DNA of 64,000 nt, taken from IMG/VR virus record IMGVR_UViG_3300035670_000155; one strand, 5' to 3'. The notes under the pieces are model-generated. The model was not told where the DNA came from. It made no database searches and was given only the letters and a program-made list of their open reading frames with translations. This stretch comes from an uncultured virus (IMG/VR IMGVR_UViG_3300035670_000155) (lineage: Duplodnaviria > Heunggongvirae > Uroviricota > Caudoviricetes). The position numbers and the translations under genes are program-made. The stretch's first letter is position 1, and every line of letters starts with the position of its first letter. This document shows, piece by piece, positions 20,689 to 29,258 of the stretch.

Positions 20689-22368
20689 GTGACTAAGATT
20701 TCTCAGCTTTCGTCGATTGGCGATTCGTTGGCAATTGACGACCAGTTTCTCATTCGTGACGTTAGCGATACGGTAACACCGAATAAAAGCGTTACTGTTA
20801 GCGGCATCACTCGCGGACTGGCCGACGGAGACGCGTTGGCGCCGGCCATTGCTTTTGCGGCAGATAAAAACACCGGCATCTACCGTCCTGGAGCAGACCA
20901 ACTAGCCATCTCAACTAATGGCACTGGGCGGTTGTTTGTTAATAGCAACGGTGATGTCAACATTGGACACAATTCAAGCGCCTATTCAAGCGCTGGCCGT
21001 GGCCTGATTTCTGTCAACGGCTCAAGCAGCTCAATTATTGACCTTCAGACCGGAGCAACGTCACGATTTCGGATGTTCTGCAATGGAACAGATGTAGAGC
21101 TGGTAAATACTGAAGCCACAGGTGTCATCAAGTTCGGCACTAATAGCGCCGAGCGCATGCGCCTGGACTCCAGTGGCCGATTAGGTCTGGGGACTAGTAG
21201 CCCCGGAGTTTTATTATCCCTTTCCAGCTCAAATTCAACCGTCTATACAAGCACTGGGGCTGCAGCATCTCCCACTTCAGGTACGTTTTGCAGCGTTGCC
21301 AATAGTGATACAACTTCTGGCGCCTCATCCCTGCAGAGCTTTACCATAGGTGGGGCATCTGGCACGTCAGTTGTTTATCACGGCGCCATTGGCGGAGGCT
21401 CCTCTGGGTCTGGTCAATATGTTATTGGACGCCGAACGGGAACTTCTAGCTATGCAGAAAGTCTGAGGATTGATTCCTCAGGGCGTGTAGGGATTGGCGT
21501 TACTGGGCCTCAAGCAGCCCTGCATGTTTCTGGCGGAGCGACATCTGGTGGGGTTGATAATGCGGCAGTTTTTACAGGAGGCGTAGCGAGTGTTACTGGA
21601 TCTGGAGCACGCATATACCTCTCGGGTACACCTGCTAGCGCAACTGTACGCGGAGCGTACATTGAAGGCGTTGTTGAAGATAGCGCTAACGCACACAGCC
21701 TGAGATTTGCTACTAATGCTAGCAGTGCTTCTCCGATTGAACGCGCCCGCATCGACAGCTCGGGACGCCTCTTAATTGGCACGTCTTCTGCGCGTACCGG
21801 ATGGTTTGGGAGCGCTTCTTATGCAATGCTTGCTCAAGTCGAAAGCGCAAGCAACGTAAATTCTGGGATTTCAATCGTCAATAACGTAAACGGCCTAGAT
21901 GTCGGCGGGAAAGTTTACCTAGGCAAATCCAGGACTGGAAGTGTAGGTGGCGTTACTGTTGTTCAGTCAGGAGATAATCTTGGCGGGATTGAGTTTCAAG
22001 GCGCTGATGGCACTGACATGGCTGCCGCTGCGTCTATCAACGCTTATGTAGACGGAACTCCTGGCAGCAACGTTATGCCGGGCAGGTTAGTGTTCTCCGT
22101 TACTGCTGATGGCTCGGCATCACCAACTGAAGCGCTGCGTATTTCTAGTAATCGTGCGATCACAGTTTCTGACGGCGGCAATGTCGTCCTTGGCACCACC
22201 ACCGGCACCAAGATCGGCACTGCTACCACGCAAAAGCTGGGCTTCTACAACGCCACGCCTGTGGTGCAGCCCACTGCTGTTGCTGATGCCACCGATGCAG
22301 CCAGCGTGATCACCCAGCTCAATGCACTGCTGTCGCGGATGCGTGATCTTGGCTTGATCGCTACCTAA
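20689..22368 (+). CDS. modular tail fibre protein
   Basis: Repeated ER(M/A)R(I/L)DSSGR(L/V)G(I/L)GT modules; DKNTGIYRPGADQLAISTNG. Confidence 0.8.
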   Translation: MTKISQLSSIGDSLAIDDQFLIRDVSDTVTPNKSVTVSGITRGLADGDALAPAIAFAADKNTGIYRPGADQLAISTNGTGRLFVNSNGDVNIGHNSSAYSSAGRGLISVNGSSSSIIDLQTGATSRFRMFCNGTDVELVNTEATGVIKFGTNSAERMRLDSSGRLGLGTSSPGVLLSLSSSNSTVYTSTGAAASPTSGTFCSVANSDTTSGASSLQSFTIGGASGTSVVYHGAIGGGSSGSGQYVIGRRTGTSSYAESLRIDSSGRVGIGVTGPQAALHVSGGATSGGVDNAAVFTGGVASVTGSGARIYLSGTPASATVRGAYIEGVVEDSANAHSLRFATNASSASPIERARIDSSGRLLIGTSSARTGWFGSASYAMLAQVESASNVNSGISIVNNVNGLDVGGKVYLGKSRTGSVGGVTVVQSGDNLGGIEFQGADGTDMAAAASINAYVDGTPGSNVMPGRLVFSVTADGSASPTEALRISSNRAITVSDGGNVVLGTTTGTKIGTATTQKLGFYNATPVVQPTAVADATDAASVITQLNALLSRMRDLGLIAT

Positions 22369-22392
22369 GCCCGGTAGTCCTACTCGAAAATT

Positions 22393-22422
22393 TGTCTAGC
22401 TCGGCAATTGCTGGGCTAGACA
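22393..22422. terminator. stem-loop after the tail fibre gene
   Basis: TGTCTAGCTCGGC-AATT-GCTGGGCTAGACA. Confidence 0.5.
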
Positions 22423-22451
22423 CCGTAGACTGTGGCACCGGCAACAGAACG

Positions 22452-22946
22452 ATGGCCCTGGAAAGCACCACACTGAACTCCGATCTTCTCCACATGTTGT
22501 TTGAAGAAAAAGACGGAGAGTTGTATAGAAAGGTTCAACGCGGCGGCGCCAAGGCAGGCGATCGGGCGGGATTTGTTGGGAATCGAGGTTATCGCATTGT
22601 TGTCGTAAACGGAAGACAGTACATGGAGCACCGTTTAATTTGGATTATGCATGGCAATGATCCAGTGCCAATGCTTGATCATATTGATGGAGATCAACTA
22701 AACAATCGAATTGAAAATTTGCGCCCTGCTACCAATTCGCAAAATCAAATGAACATGCGAATTCCGAAAGATAATACCTCTGGAATCAAAGGTGTTTCAT
22801 GGAACAAGTCAGCCAAGAAGTGGGTCGGGCAAGTTTGGAAAAACGGGAAGAACCATCGCACAAAGTTTTATGAATGCAAGCACGAGTGCGCAAAAGCCGT
22901 AGTAGATTTGCGAAAATCACTTCACGGCGATTTCGCCCGCCACTGA
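22452..22946 (+). CDS. HNH homing endonuclease with AP2-like C-terminus
   Basis: HRLIW...LDHIDGDQLNNRIENLR...NTSGIKGVSW. Confidence 0.9.
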   Translation: MALESTTLNSDLLHMLFEEKDGELYRKVQRGGAKAGDRAGFVGNRGYRIVVVNGRQYMEHRLIWIMHGNDPVPMLDHIDGDQLNNRIENLRPATNSQNQMNMRIPKDNTSGIKGVSWNKSAKKWVGQVWKNGKNHRTKFYECKHECAKAVVDLRKSLHGDFARH

Positions 22947-23062
22947 TCGAGGTCTGGCTCAACTATCTGGAATCTCCGGATGGTTGGGCTTGACGCCGTG
23001 TGGTAGTGTGGGAGGGCAGCGAGTTTGCGGCTCCTGCCCCTGGCCACAGTTCTCTAGAAACC

Positions 23063-23473
23063 ATGACCCAACAAGATTACAAGCACCCCATCACCCCACC
23101 GCCAGAGCTGAGCGATGAGCAAGTGGGCGAATGGCTGATCGACGATGGCTACCCGTGGGACCCTTCGGAGCAAGCTGTCATCACCATCACCACCAACCGG
23201 CTCAAGCACGTTGCCTGCCAAGCGTTCCAAGCTGGTGCCGACCAGGAGCTGGAGGCGTGCATCGACTGGATCTCTGTCTGGCACGGACTAGAGCATCCCG
23301 AGCTACTGATTGAACTACTCCGCGCCGCCCGCCGCCCCAAGCCGCCGAGCTTGAAGGAGCAGGCGCTGGCGCAACTGGATCACCTCCTTGAGCGTGCCTA
23401 CAAGCGAAACTTTGCAGGACTTCAAGTCGACACCATCCGACGCGCACTCGAACAACTCCCCGATAACGAGTAG
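23063..23473 (+). CDS. mosaic small protein, TPPPEL/RRPKPP family
   Basis: Paralog of 39282-39620 and 39613-39954. Confidence 0.7.
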   Translation: MTQQDYKHPITPPPELSDEQVGEWLIDDGYPWDPSEQAVITITTNRLKHVACQAFQAGADQELEACIDWISVWHGLEHPELLIELLRAARRPKPPSLKEQALAQLDHLLERAYKRNFAGLQVDTIRRALEQLPDNE

Positions 23474-23493
23474 CCATTCCCACTAATTTCCCA

Positions 23494-23685
23494 ATGACAG
23501 CACCACCTGCAAACGAACGATCTGCTTTGTGCGTTGGATCTTTAAAAGACTTGTGCGCTGGCTGGCTATGCGTTTTTGAAGGCACAGAAGAAGAATGCCG
23601 ACGTTACTTTGAAGATGGGAATGTTTCCGATGAGTACGACCGTGTTTTTATGATGAATCGTTGGCGCCACACAACCCTTCGCTAG
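23494..23685 (+). CDS. hypothetical protein (cassette-like)
   Basis: ORF bounded by TAG-N9-CTA sites. Confidence 0.55.
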   Translation: MTAPPANERSALCVGSLKDLCAGWLCVFEGTEEECRRYFEDGNVSDEYDRVFMMNRWRHTTLR

Positions 23686-23712
23686 ACCTCGTAGTCGCTT
23701 CCACTAATTACC

Positions 23713-23928
23713 ATGACCCAAAAAGATTATTCCAAGCTCACGCCAGACGACTGGTTTGAACTGCGCGAAAGACCCATGGACAAGCATTCCGTGTGGGCTC
23801 AGGACGGTGTTGTGAAAATGGCAAACAACGACGATCCTCACTACGTGGAAGTCTTCAAAACCCGCGAAGAAGTTGAATGTTTTATTGCTTACCTACTTTT
23901 GAAGGCTGATGAAGCCTGGCCAAGTTGA
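23713..23928 (+). CDS. hypothetical protein (cassette-like)
   Basis: ORF bounded by TAG-N9-CTA-like sites. Confidence 0.6.
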   Translation: MTQKDYSKLTPDDWFELRERPMDKHSVWAQDGVVKMANNDDPHYVEVFKTREEVECFIAYLLLKADEAWPS

Positions 23929-23994
23929 CAAGTCACCTTCGCTAAGAGGCGTGGCCATTTTCTTTTGTAGACTGTCTCAAGTCAATTGATTTCC

Positions 23995-24306
23995 ATGGAA
24001 ACTGTTTTCACCTGGCGCATTGCCAACCTTGAGCGCGAAACCGCAGACGGTTTTGTCTACACACTTCACTATACGATTGATGCCAGCGATGGTTCGTATT
24101 CTTCTGGGGCGTATGGTTCTTTGGGGCTTGAGCGTCCCGAGGACGAAATGATTCCCTTTGATAGCCTCACGGAAGAAACATGTATTAGCTGGGCCAAGGA
24201 AAAGCTTGGCGAGGAAAAAGTGGCCGAAATTGAAACTGCTCTTCAAAATCAGCTCGACGAAAAACATTCTCCTAGTCGCATGGCAGGCGTTCCCTGGCAA
24301 GGCTAA
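23995..24306 (+). CDS. conserved phage protein, probable tail fibre assembly partner
   Basis: FTWRIANLER...GAYGS...PFDSLTE...GVPW; family usually follows tail fibres. Confidence 0.65.
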   Translation: METVFTWRIANLERETADGFVYTLHYTIDASDGSYSSGAYGSLGLERPEDEMIPFDSLTEETCISWAKEKLGEEKVAEIETALQNQLDEKHSPSRMAGVPWQG

Positions 24307-24329
24307 GCTAGTCCTTTCTCTTTCCCATT

Positions 24330-24470
24330 GTGGCAGTCAAGAGCAAGGCAGGGGCTTCCAGCTCCAAGCGCATTATCATCAGCACTCCCAAGCGCACCAG
24401 GCAAGGCAATGGCGCTCATAGTCGCCCCAGCCATGGTCGAAAGCTTTTGCGAGGGCAGGGAAAAAGCTGA
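24330..24470 (+). CDS. small basic protein (not in ORF track)
   Basis: GTG start; MAVKSKAG...PKRTRQGNGAHS...LRGQGKS, 46 aa. Confidence 0.65.
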   Translation: MAVKSKAGASSSKRIIISTPKRTRQGNGAHSRPSHGRKLLRGQGKS

Positions 24471-24499
24471 TTGACGATGGGCAAACGAGAGGCTAGTCT
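24471..24499 (+). promoter_or_regulatory. sigma70-like promoter
   Basis: TTGACG-N17-TAGTCT. Confidence 0.6.
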
Positions 24500-24523
24500 A
24501 CGGGCTGGCCTCTTTTTCATGCA

Positions 24524-24772
24524 ATGGCTTTCGTCAATTCAATTTCCTTTTCCCATCGTTTTTCTGATGATGGCGTGTGTCATGACACATGCTCCTATCA
24601 AGAAATTAACCACACCTACAGCGCTGATTCAGCCCCTGCAATGATGAGGGCTTTCTATCAATTTATGATGGGTTGTGGCTATGCCCCTCAAAGCGTGGCA
24701 GAAGCAATGCTTTCCATTGGCTCTGAATACGAGGAAGCTTATTGCTACGATAAAGCTAAGACTGATAGCTAA
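24524..24772 (+). CDS. hypothetical protein
   Basis: ORF downstream of the promoter. Confidence 0.6.
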   Translation: MAFVNSISFSHRFSDDGVCHDTCSYQEINHTYSADSAPAMMRAFYQFMMGCGYAPQSVAEAMLSIGSEYEEAYCYDKAKTDS

Positions 24773-24774
24773 TC

Positions 24775-25107
24775 ATGGCGCAACGTATTGTCAATGGAGA
24801 GCAGTATGATGCCGTCATTATTGGCGGTGATCTAGACGGAAGCCCTCTTGATATTGAGGGGCAGATTAGCGTTGACAAGCTGCAAGCTTCTTCTGCTTTT
24901 ACCGTCACTCCCAGCGACAATACAGACTTGTCAGTGATCACAAGCGCCCTTTACGTTGGCTTCACTGGCAATGTGAGCTTGGTTTGCTCTGGTGATAGCG
25001 CTGCCGTTACGTTCTTTAATGTGCCAGGCGGCAGCTTTCTCCCTCTCCACGTGAAGAGAGTGAGGAGCACTGGCACCACCGCTTCTGGCATTGTTGGAGT
25101 GGTTTAA
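24775..25107 (+). CDS. head spike base protein (RcGTA Rcc01079-like)
   Basis: VTPSDNTDL...ALYVG...VTFFNVPGGSFLPLHVKRVRSTGTTA. Confidence 0.7.
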   Translation: MAQRIVNGEQYDAVIIGGDLDGSPLDIEGQISVDKLQASSAFTVTPSDNTDLSVITSALYVGFTGNVSLVCSGDSAAVTFFNVPGGSFLPLHVKRVRSTGTTASGIVGVV

Positions 25108-25235
25108 TGCTGCTTACCGTTGCCCTTTCTATTAGCAACCATCTTGAACGTGCCATTTCTCGGCTCTATTTGCTCACAGAAGCTGGAGTCTATCTAGAGT
25201 TGGAGAATGGTTTACCAATTGAGACGGAGCTTTAA
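25107..25235 (+). CDS. 42-aa putative head-spike partner peptide (not in ORF track)
   Basis: TAATG coupling at both ends; MLLTVALSIS...YLLTEAGVYLELE. Confidence 0.55.
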   Translation: MLLTVALSISNHLERAISRLYLLTEAGVYLELENGLPIETEL

Positions 25236-26467
25236 TGGCGCAAGTACGAAGGGGCGGTGAACAGTTTGAGACCACCATCGAAGCTGATCATCGCGGGCAG
25301 CTAATTCAGAAAGGGCCTGACAGTGGCATGGTTGATGCTTTCGGGCGTCAGCGCTTTAGCGAGCCCTTCACCCTGTTTGACTCCATGCTGCGCTATTCCA
25401 GGCGTACGGATCAATGGGACGAAGCAGTGGTGGGCTCAGGCTCGACAAACTATTTGGTCAATGAAAGCTCGCTTGAGCTGAAAACCACTGTTGCTTCGGG
25501 CGACACTGCATTGCGCCGCACTCGTAAGCACTTCCCCTACCAGCCTGGCAAGTCGATCATGGTGCTTGCCAGTTTTGTCGGTAACACGCCTATGGCTGGC
25601 CTTGTGCAGGAAGTGGGCTACTTTGATGATGACAATGGCGTCATCCTCAGAGCCAATGGAGAGCAAATTGAGCTTGTCGTGAGAAGCTTTACGACGGGCT
25701 CTGCTCAGGAGACAGTGGTGCCGCAAAGCGCCTGGAACATCGATGCGCTTCCTAGCTTTGACTTTTCCAAGGCCAACATTCTCATTGCCGACTTGGAATG
25801 GTTGGGTGTTGGCAGAGTGCGGATGGGCTTTGTCATTGATGGGGAAATCATTTATTGCCACGAATTCAACCACGCCAATAACATCGATAGGGTCTATATG
25901 ACTTCGGCCATTCTGCCGTTGTCCTATCGCATTTACAATTCTTCCTCCATTGCAGCCCCTGCTCGCCTCAAGCAAATTTGCTCGAGCGTAGTGAGTGAAG
26001 GTGGCTACCAGCCCACTGGCCCCATTTACATCGCGGGCAAAGGCGTTGCTGGCTTTGCTGCCATTTCTTCTGAAACCATGGTGGCGGCCATTCGCATGGC
26101 TAGCGGTCGCACTGACAACGTGATCATCCCTGCGCAAATTGATGTGAGTCTGGGCGGCAATCCTGCCTCTAACACTGTGGCACAATGGCGACTGCGCCTC
26201 AATCCTACGATTAGCGGCACTTGGCTGGATGCCGCCAATGGCAGAGGCAATGTGCAAACGATGAGCACTGGCACGTTCAGCGGGGGCACGGTCATTGGAG
26301 CAGGGCTTGTTGCTTCCAGGAGTGCCATTGAGTTTGATCCTGAAAGCGGCTTGGCTCTTTCGCTTGGGCAAACCATTGACGGCACCAGCGACGTGATTGC
26401 TCTCACCATTGAATGCAGCACTTCAGAAAATGCCACTGGCCTTTTGGGCTGGAGGGAAGTGGTATGA
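25235..26467 (+). CDS. virion structural protein, YQPG family (paralog 3)
   Basis: RKHFPYQPGK, EWLGVG, LGWREV. Confidence 0.65.
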   Translation: MAQVRRGGEQFETTIEADHRGQLIQKGPDSGMVDAFGRQRFSEPFTLFDSMLRYSRRTDQWDEAVVGSGSTNYLVNESSLELKTTVASGDTALRRTRKHFPYQPGKSIMVLASFVGNTPMAGLVQEVGYFDDDNGVILRANGEQIELVVRSFTTGSAQETVVPQSAWNIDALPSFDFSKANILIADLEWLGVGRVRMGFVIDGEIIYCHEFNHANNIDRVYMTSAILPLSYRIYNSSSIAAPARLKQICSSVVSEGGYQPTGPIYIAGKGVAGFAAISSETMVAAIRMASGRTDNVIIPAQIDVSLGGNPASNTVAQWRLRLNPTISGTWLDAANGRGNVQTMSTGTFSGGTVIGAGLVASRSAIEFDPESGLALSLGQTIDGTSDVIALTIECSTSENATGLLGWREVV

Positions 26468-26494
26468 TTCGACCATCCCTTTTGATTCCCCTCC

Positions 26495-26689
26495 ATGGAA
26501 TCTCACTACAAGCAGCAGCAATCTTTAATTAGCGAAGCGCTGTGCGAGCTGATGGCAGCGGAAGACGATTGCAGGATTGCGCACCAATCCATCATCGGGG
26601 CCATTGATGAGTGGTTGTCCTACCACGAAAGTGAAGCAAGGAAATGGCGGACGCTGCGGATTATGGTGCAAGGGCCTGAGATGCTATGA
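26495..26689 (+). CDS. hypothetical protein
   Basis: ORF with pyrimidine-rich leader. Confidence 0.55.
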   Translation: MESHYKQQQSLISEALCELMAAEDDCRIAHQSIIGAIDEWLSYHESEARKWRTLRIMVQGPEML

Positions 26690-26988
26690 CAATGAAGGAT
26701 TTGTTAAATTCTGCTGAAATTCAAGAACTTCGGCAATCGTTTAATGTTTTCAGGCAGCAGCAACAAGCTGAAGACCAAGCATGGTGGGATAGTCTTGATT
26801 ACGAACAACGCGCTCAAGCCTTTCGGCAAGTGTGCAGGCTGATGTATAGGGCGGAAGTGGAAGACAAAGGCACCTATCGCTGGGCCATTTATGACATCTT
26901 TGGCTTGGAATATGGCGATGGACTAGACCACTACATGGAGCTTCACAATCTCATTGGCCAGGGGCTGGACTACCGAGAGTCCAAGTGA
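26686..26988 (+). CDS. hypothetical protein
   Basis: ORF coupled to the upstream gene. Confidence 0.6.
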   Translation: MTMKDLLNSAEIQELRQSFNVFRQQQQAEDQAWWDSLDYEQRAQAFRQVCRLMYRAEVEDKGTYRWAIYDIFGLEYGDGLDHYMELHNLIGQGLDYRESK

Positions 26989-27358
26989 TGCGGAGTTCTG
27001 CGCCTAGGGCCTTAATGTCATCACTGGCATCGTCTGGCGCTTCGTGGATGATCATCACGCTAGGCACCACTGCATTAGGCAATGGCGTGACAGTGGCTTT
27101 AGGGAAAAGTTCCTGAGCCTTCGCTGCAAGGACCTCTGAGCGATGCTCTCGCTCTTCCGCTTCCCATTGCTCTACCAATGCCTTGGCTTGCTTGTCAACG
27201 GCTTGCAGCGTGGTTTCCGTTTTCCATTCCACCCACGCAGGACGGCACCATTCCAGCAGGCGCTTATACCACCATTTAGAAGCAATGGAAGGGCGTTGCT
27301 TGGCTAGCTCAAGAGCTAGCTCGTAGCACAGCGCAAGCAGCCATTCCCGCCAGTTCAT
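26951..27358 (-). CDS. hypothetical protein in lysis cassette
   Basis: ATGA overlap with the endolysin stop. Confidence 0.55.
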   Translation of the reverse strand: MNWREWLLALCYELALELAKQRPSIASKWWYKRLLEWCRPAWVEWKTETTLQAVDKQAKALVEQWEAEEREHRSEVLAAKAQELFPKATVTPLPNAVVPSVMIIHEAPDDASDDIKALGAELRITWTLGSPAPGQ

Positions 27359-28299
27359 TGGCTCTCTTGCCAAACACTCACAAACACTTTTCCTTGCCTG
27401 TAAAGCGGAAGGATCCGATGGATGAGGTCTGCGTTTCTAGCGCGGATGCAACCATGAGTTGCAAGAAGGCGCTGCTCAGGTGCCCATGCTCCAGGCCACC
27501 CCAATGCACTGCCTCCCCCATGGATGCCTATTCCCGCACGCCCTAGGCTTCTTTCTTGATCTTCCAGCTCGACCATGTCGTAAAACGCCCAACCATATGC
27601 CATGAGCGTGCGATCGTAGGGAGCCTTGTCGCCATGAAGAGCGTAATCGTTATAAAGCTGCCCCAGTACATACAGGCCCACGGGCGTATCCGACCTTCTA
27701 ATCTTCCATTCAAAATCGCTGTACTGCCCGCGAGCCAAGCAAGGAATCTCCCACAAAAGTTTCCCTTCAAAAGAAAAGGCTTTCATGGTTTCGCTGGCAT
27801 CATTCACGACAAGGTGAGAATCGCCTTGCTTAAAGCCAAAATCGTGAGGACGTTTCTTGGGGCCGATCATGGTAATTTTTGTGGATTCAGGAGCGTATTG
27901 CTTCATTAGCTTTGAAAGTTTTGCCGGATAGTCAGGGTCCGTCGCGTATTTCTGTTGATAAAGCATGCGGGCCGCAGCGTAGCGGTTGGGGGCGTTGTTG
28001 ATGCCCTTGAAATGGCGATAGTCCTTGTACCAGCGAGAAATCAAGTATTCAATGCAAGCTTCGATGGAGGGAAAATCAATGAAGCCTGCCCGAATTGTCA
28101 CCCACTGCCCATCGTAAAATTCTTTCGTTGAGACAGTTGACCCGTCGCCTTTTAGGCCGAGGATATTGTTTTTGCCAGAGAAATGCTTGCCAAAGCCACT
28201 CTCTAGACAACATTGAGCCGCAACAAGCTCTGGAAAGCGTGCCCCGCATTTGCGAGCAATGTCAAAGCATCGCCTCCAGAAGGCTTGTTCGGCAGTCAT
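27355..28299 (-). CDS. endolysin: GH73-like glucosaminidase plus YkuD-like L,D-transpeptidase domain
   Basis: AQCCLESGFG...NNILGLKG...YATDPDY; IGIHGGG...THGCIR. Confidence 0.8.
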   Translation of the reverse strand: MTAEQAFWRRCFDIARKCGARFPELVAAQCCLESGFGKHFSGKNNILGLKGDGSTVSTKEFYDGQWVTIRAGFIDFPSIEACIEYLISRWYKDYRHFKGINNAPNRYAAARMLYQQKYATDPDYPAKLSKLMKQYAPESTKITMIGPKKRPHDFGFKQGDSHLVVNDASETMKAFSFEGKLLWEIPCLARGQYSDFEWKIRRSDTPVGLYVLGQLYNDYALHGDKAPYDRTLMAYGWAFYDMVELEDQERSLGRAGIGIHGGGSALGWPGAWAPEQRLLATHGCIRARNADLIHRILPLYRQGKVFVSVWQESQ

Positions 28300-28302
28300 G
28301 CC

Positions 28303-28446
28303 TCAGCCCTTCACGCGGAAGACGGCTTTCAGGCCAGTAAGAAGGAGTTGGATGACGTTGTTGCTCTTATAGGGAGTGCGTTCAATGATTTGGTCTGCAG
28401 CGGCAATCACGATGCCACCAATCACGAACCATTCGATGGAGGTCAT
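28303..28446 (-). CDS. putative holin-like membrane peptide (not in ORF track)
   Basis: MTSIEWFVIGGIVIAAADQII...NNVIQLLL, 47 aa, just upstream of the endolysin. Confidence 0.6.
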   Translation of the reverse strand: MTSIEWFVIGGIVIAAADQIIERTPYKSNNVIQLLLTGLKAVFRVKG

Positions 28447-28470
28447 GGGAATAAAAGCGTTTGCTCAAGC

Positions 28471-28680
28471 CTAGCGTCTAATCTCCAGCGAGCGCACCCT
28501 GATTTCCAAGTCACGAATGTTATTGGTGAGAGTATCTAGCTTTTGAGCAATGTTCTCCACTTGCCCCGTAATGCGAGCTTGTTGCATGCCAATGTTAAGC
28601 ATCATTCCGCCAGTGGCAAGAAGCATGCCAGCAGTGACAGTTACAGCCAGATCAGCGGCCTTTTCTTGCCAAGTTTTCAT
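28471..28680 (-). CDS. membrane-anchored coiled-coil protein (lysis accessory?)
   Basis: N-terminal TM segment plus heptad-like tail. Confidence 0.55.
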   Translation of the reverse strand: MKTWQEKAADLAVTVTAGMLLATGGMMLNIGMQQARITGQVENIAQKLDTLTNNIRDLEIRVRSLEIRR

Positions 28681-28769
28681 TGCCGCGATGATGCTTTTTC
28701 TATATTCTACATTCTCCCCTCCATCGTCTTCTGTGGTTTAAGCTAAAGACAAGCGAGCATTGTGATGCT

Positions 28770-29258
28770 ATGCGGCAAGACAATGGACCAGAGAATTTGC
28801 TCTATTCTTTGTCTGTTTTACGCCCTGGAGAAGCCAAACGCCGCTTCCGCAAAAGCATCTTTGAAGACTATCCCCTGCGAGGCCCCTTTAACCATTGCGC
28901 CTGTGCTTATTGCGGGCGATGGAACGAAAAGCTGACCATTGACCATATTGTGCCCAAGAGCAAGGGAGGGCCGCACTTTGCGAAATGGAACAGCGCTCCT
29001 TCATGCCTTAGTTGCAATGCTGCCAAGAGCAATTTGCCACTGTTTGAATGGTGGCGTCCGCAGCAGTTCTGGAGCCAAGAGCGCGAAGATGCTTTGATGG
29101 CATGGATTTACGCCCATAGCTTTGTCAGCGCTCATACGGCCATTGGCGAATGGGAAGAATGGATGCACGAAACGCAGCGCATTGTGCCCATTCATGAAGT
29201 GCATGAAAAAGCGGCCCGAGTGTGGCCGCTCTCTTTGCAACTAGGGCTAGCCAGTTAA
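28770..29258 (+). CDS. HNH endonuclease
   Basis: CAYCG...LTIDHIVPKSKGG...N...CLSCNAAK. Confidence 0.85.
   Translation: MRQDNGPENLLYSLSVLRPGEAKRRFRKSIFEDYPLRGPFNHCACAYCGRWNEKLTIDHIVPKSKGGPHFAKWNSAPSCLSCNAAKSNLPLFEWWRPQQFWSQEREDALMAWIYAHSFVSAHTAIGEWEEWMHETQRIVPIHEVHEKAARVWPLSLQLGLAS

Larger units (their letters stand above)
20903..23944. repeat. dispersed 15-bp TAG-N9-CTA sites
   Basis: Exact at 20903, 21182, 23471, 23692; one mismatch at 21488, 22088, 23930; degenerate at 21773, 22375. Confidence 0.65.

Noticed and set aside
14073..26467. Diversity-generating retroelement acting on tail genes
   Set aside because: No reverse transcriptase and no TR/VR pair differing only at adenines was seen
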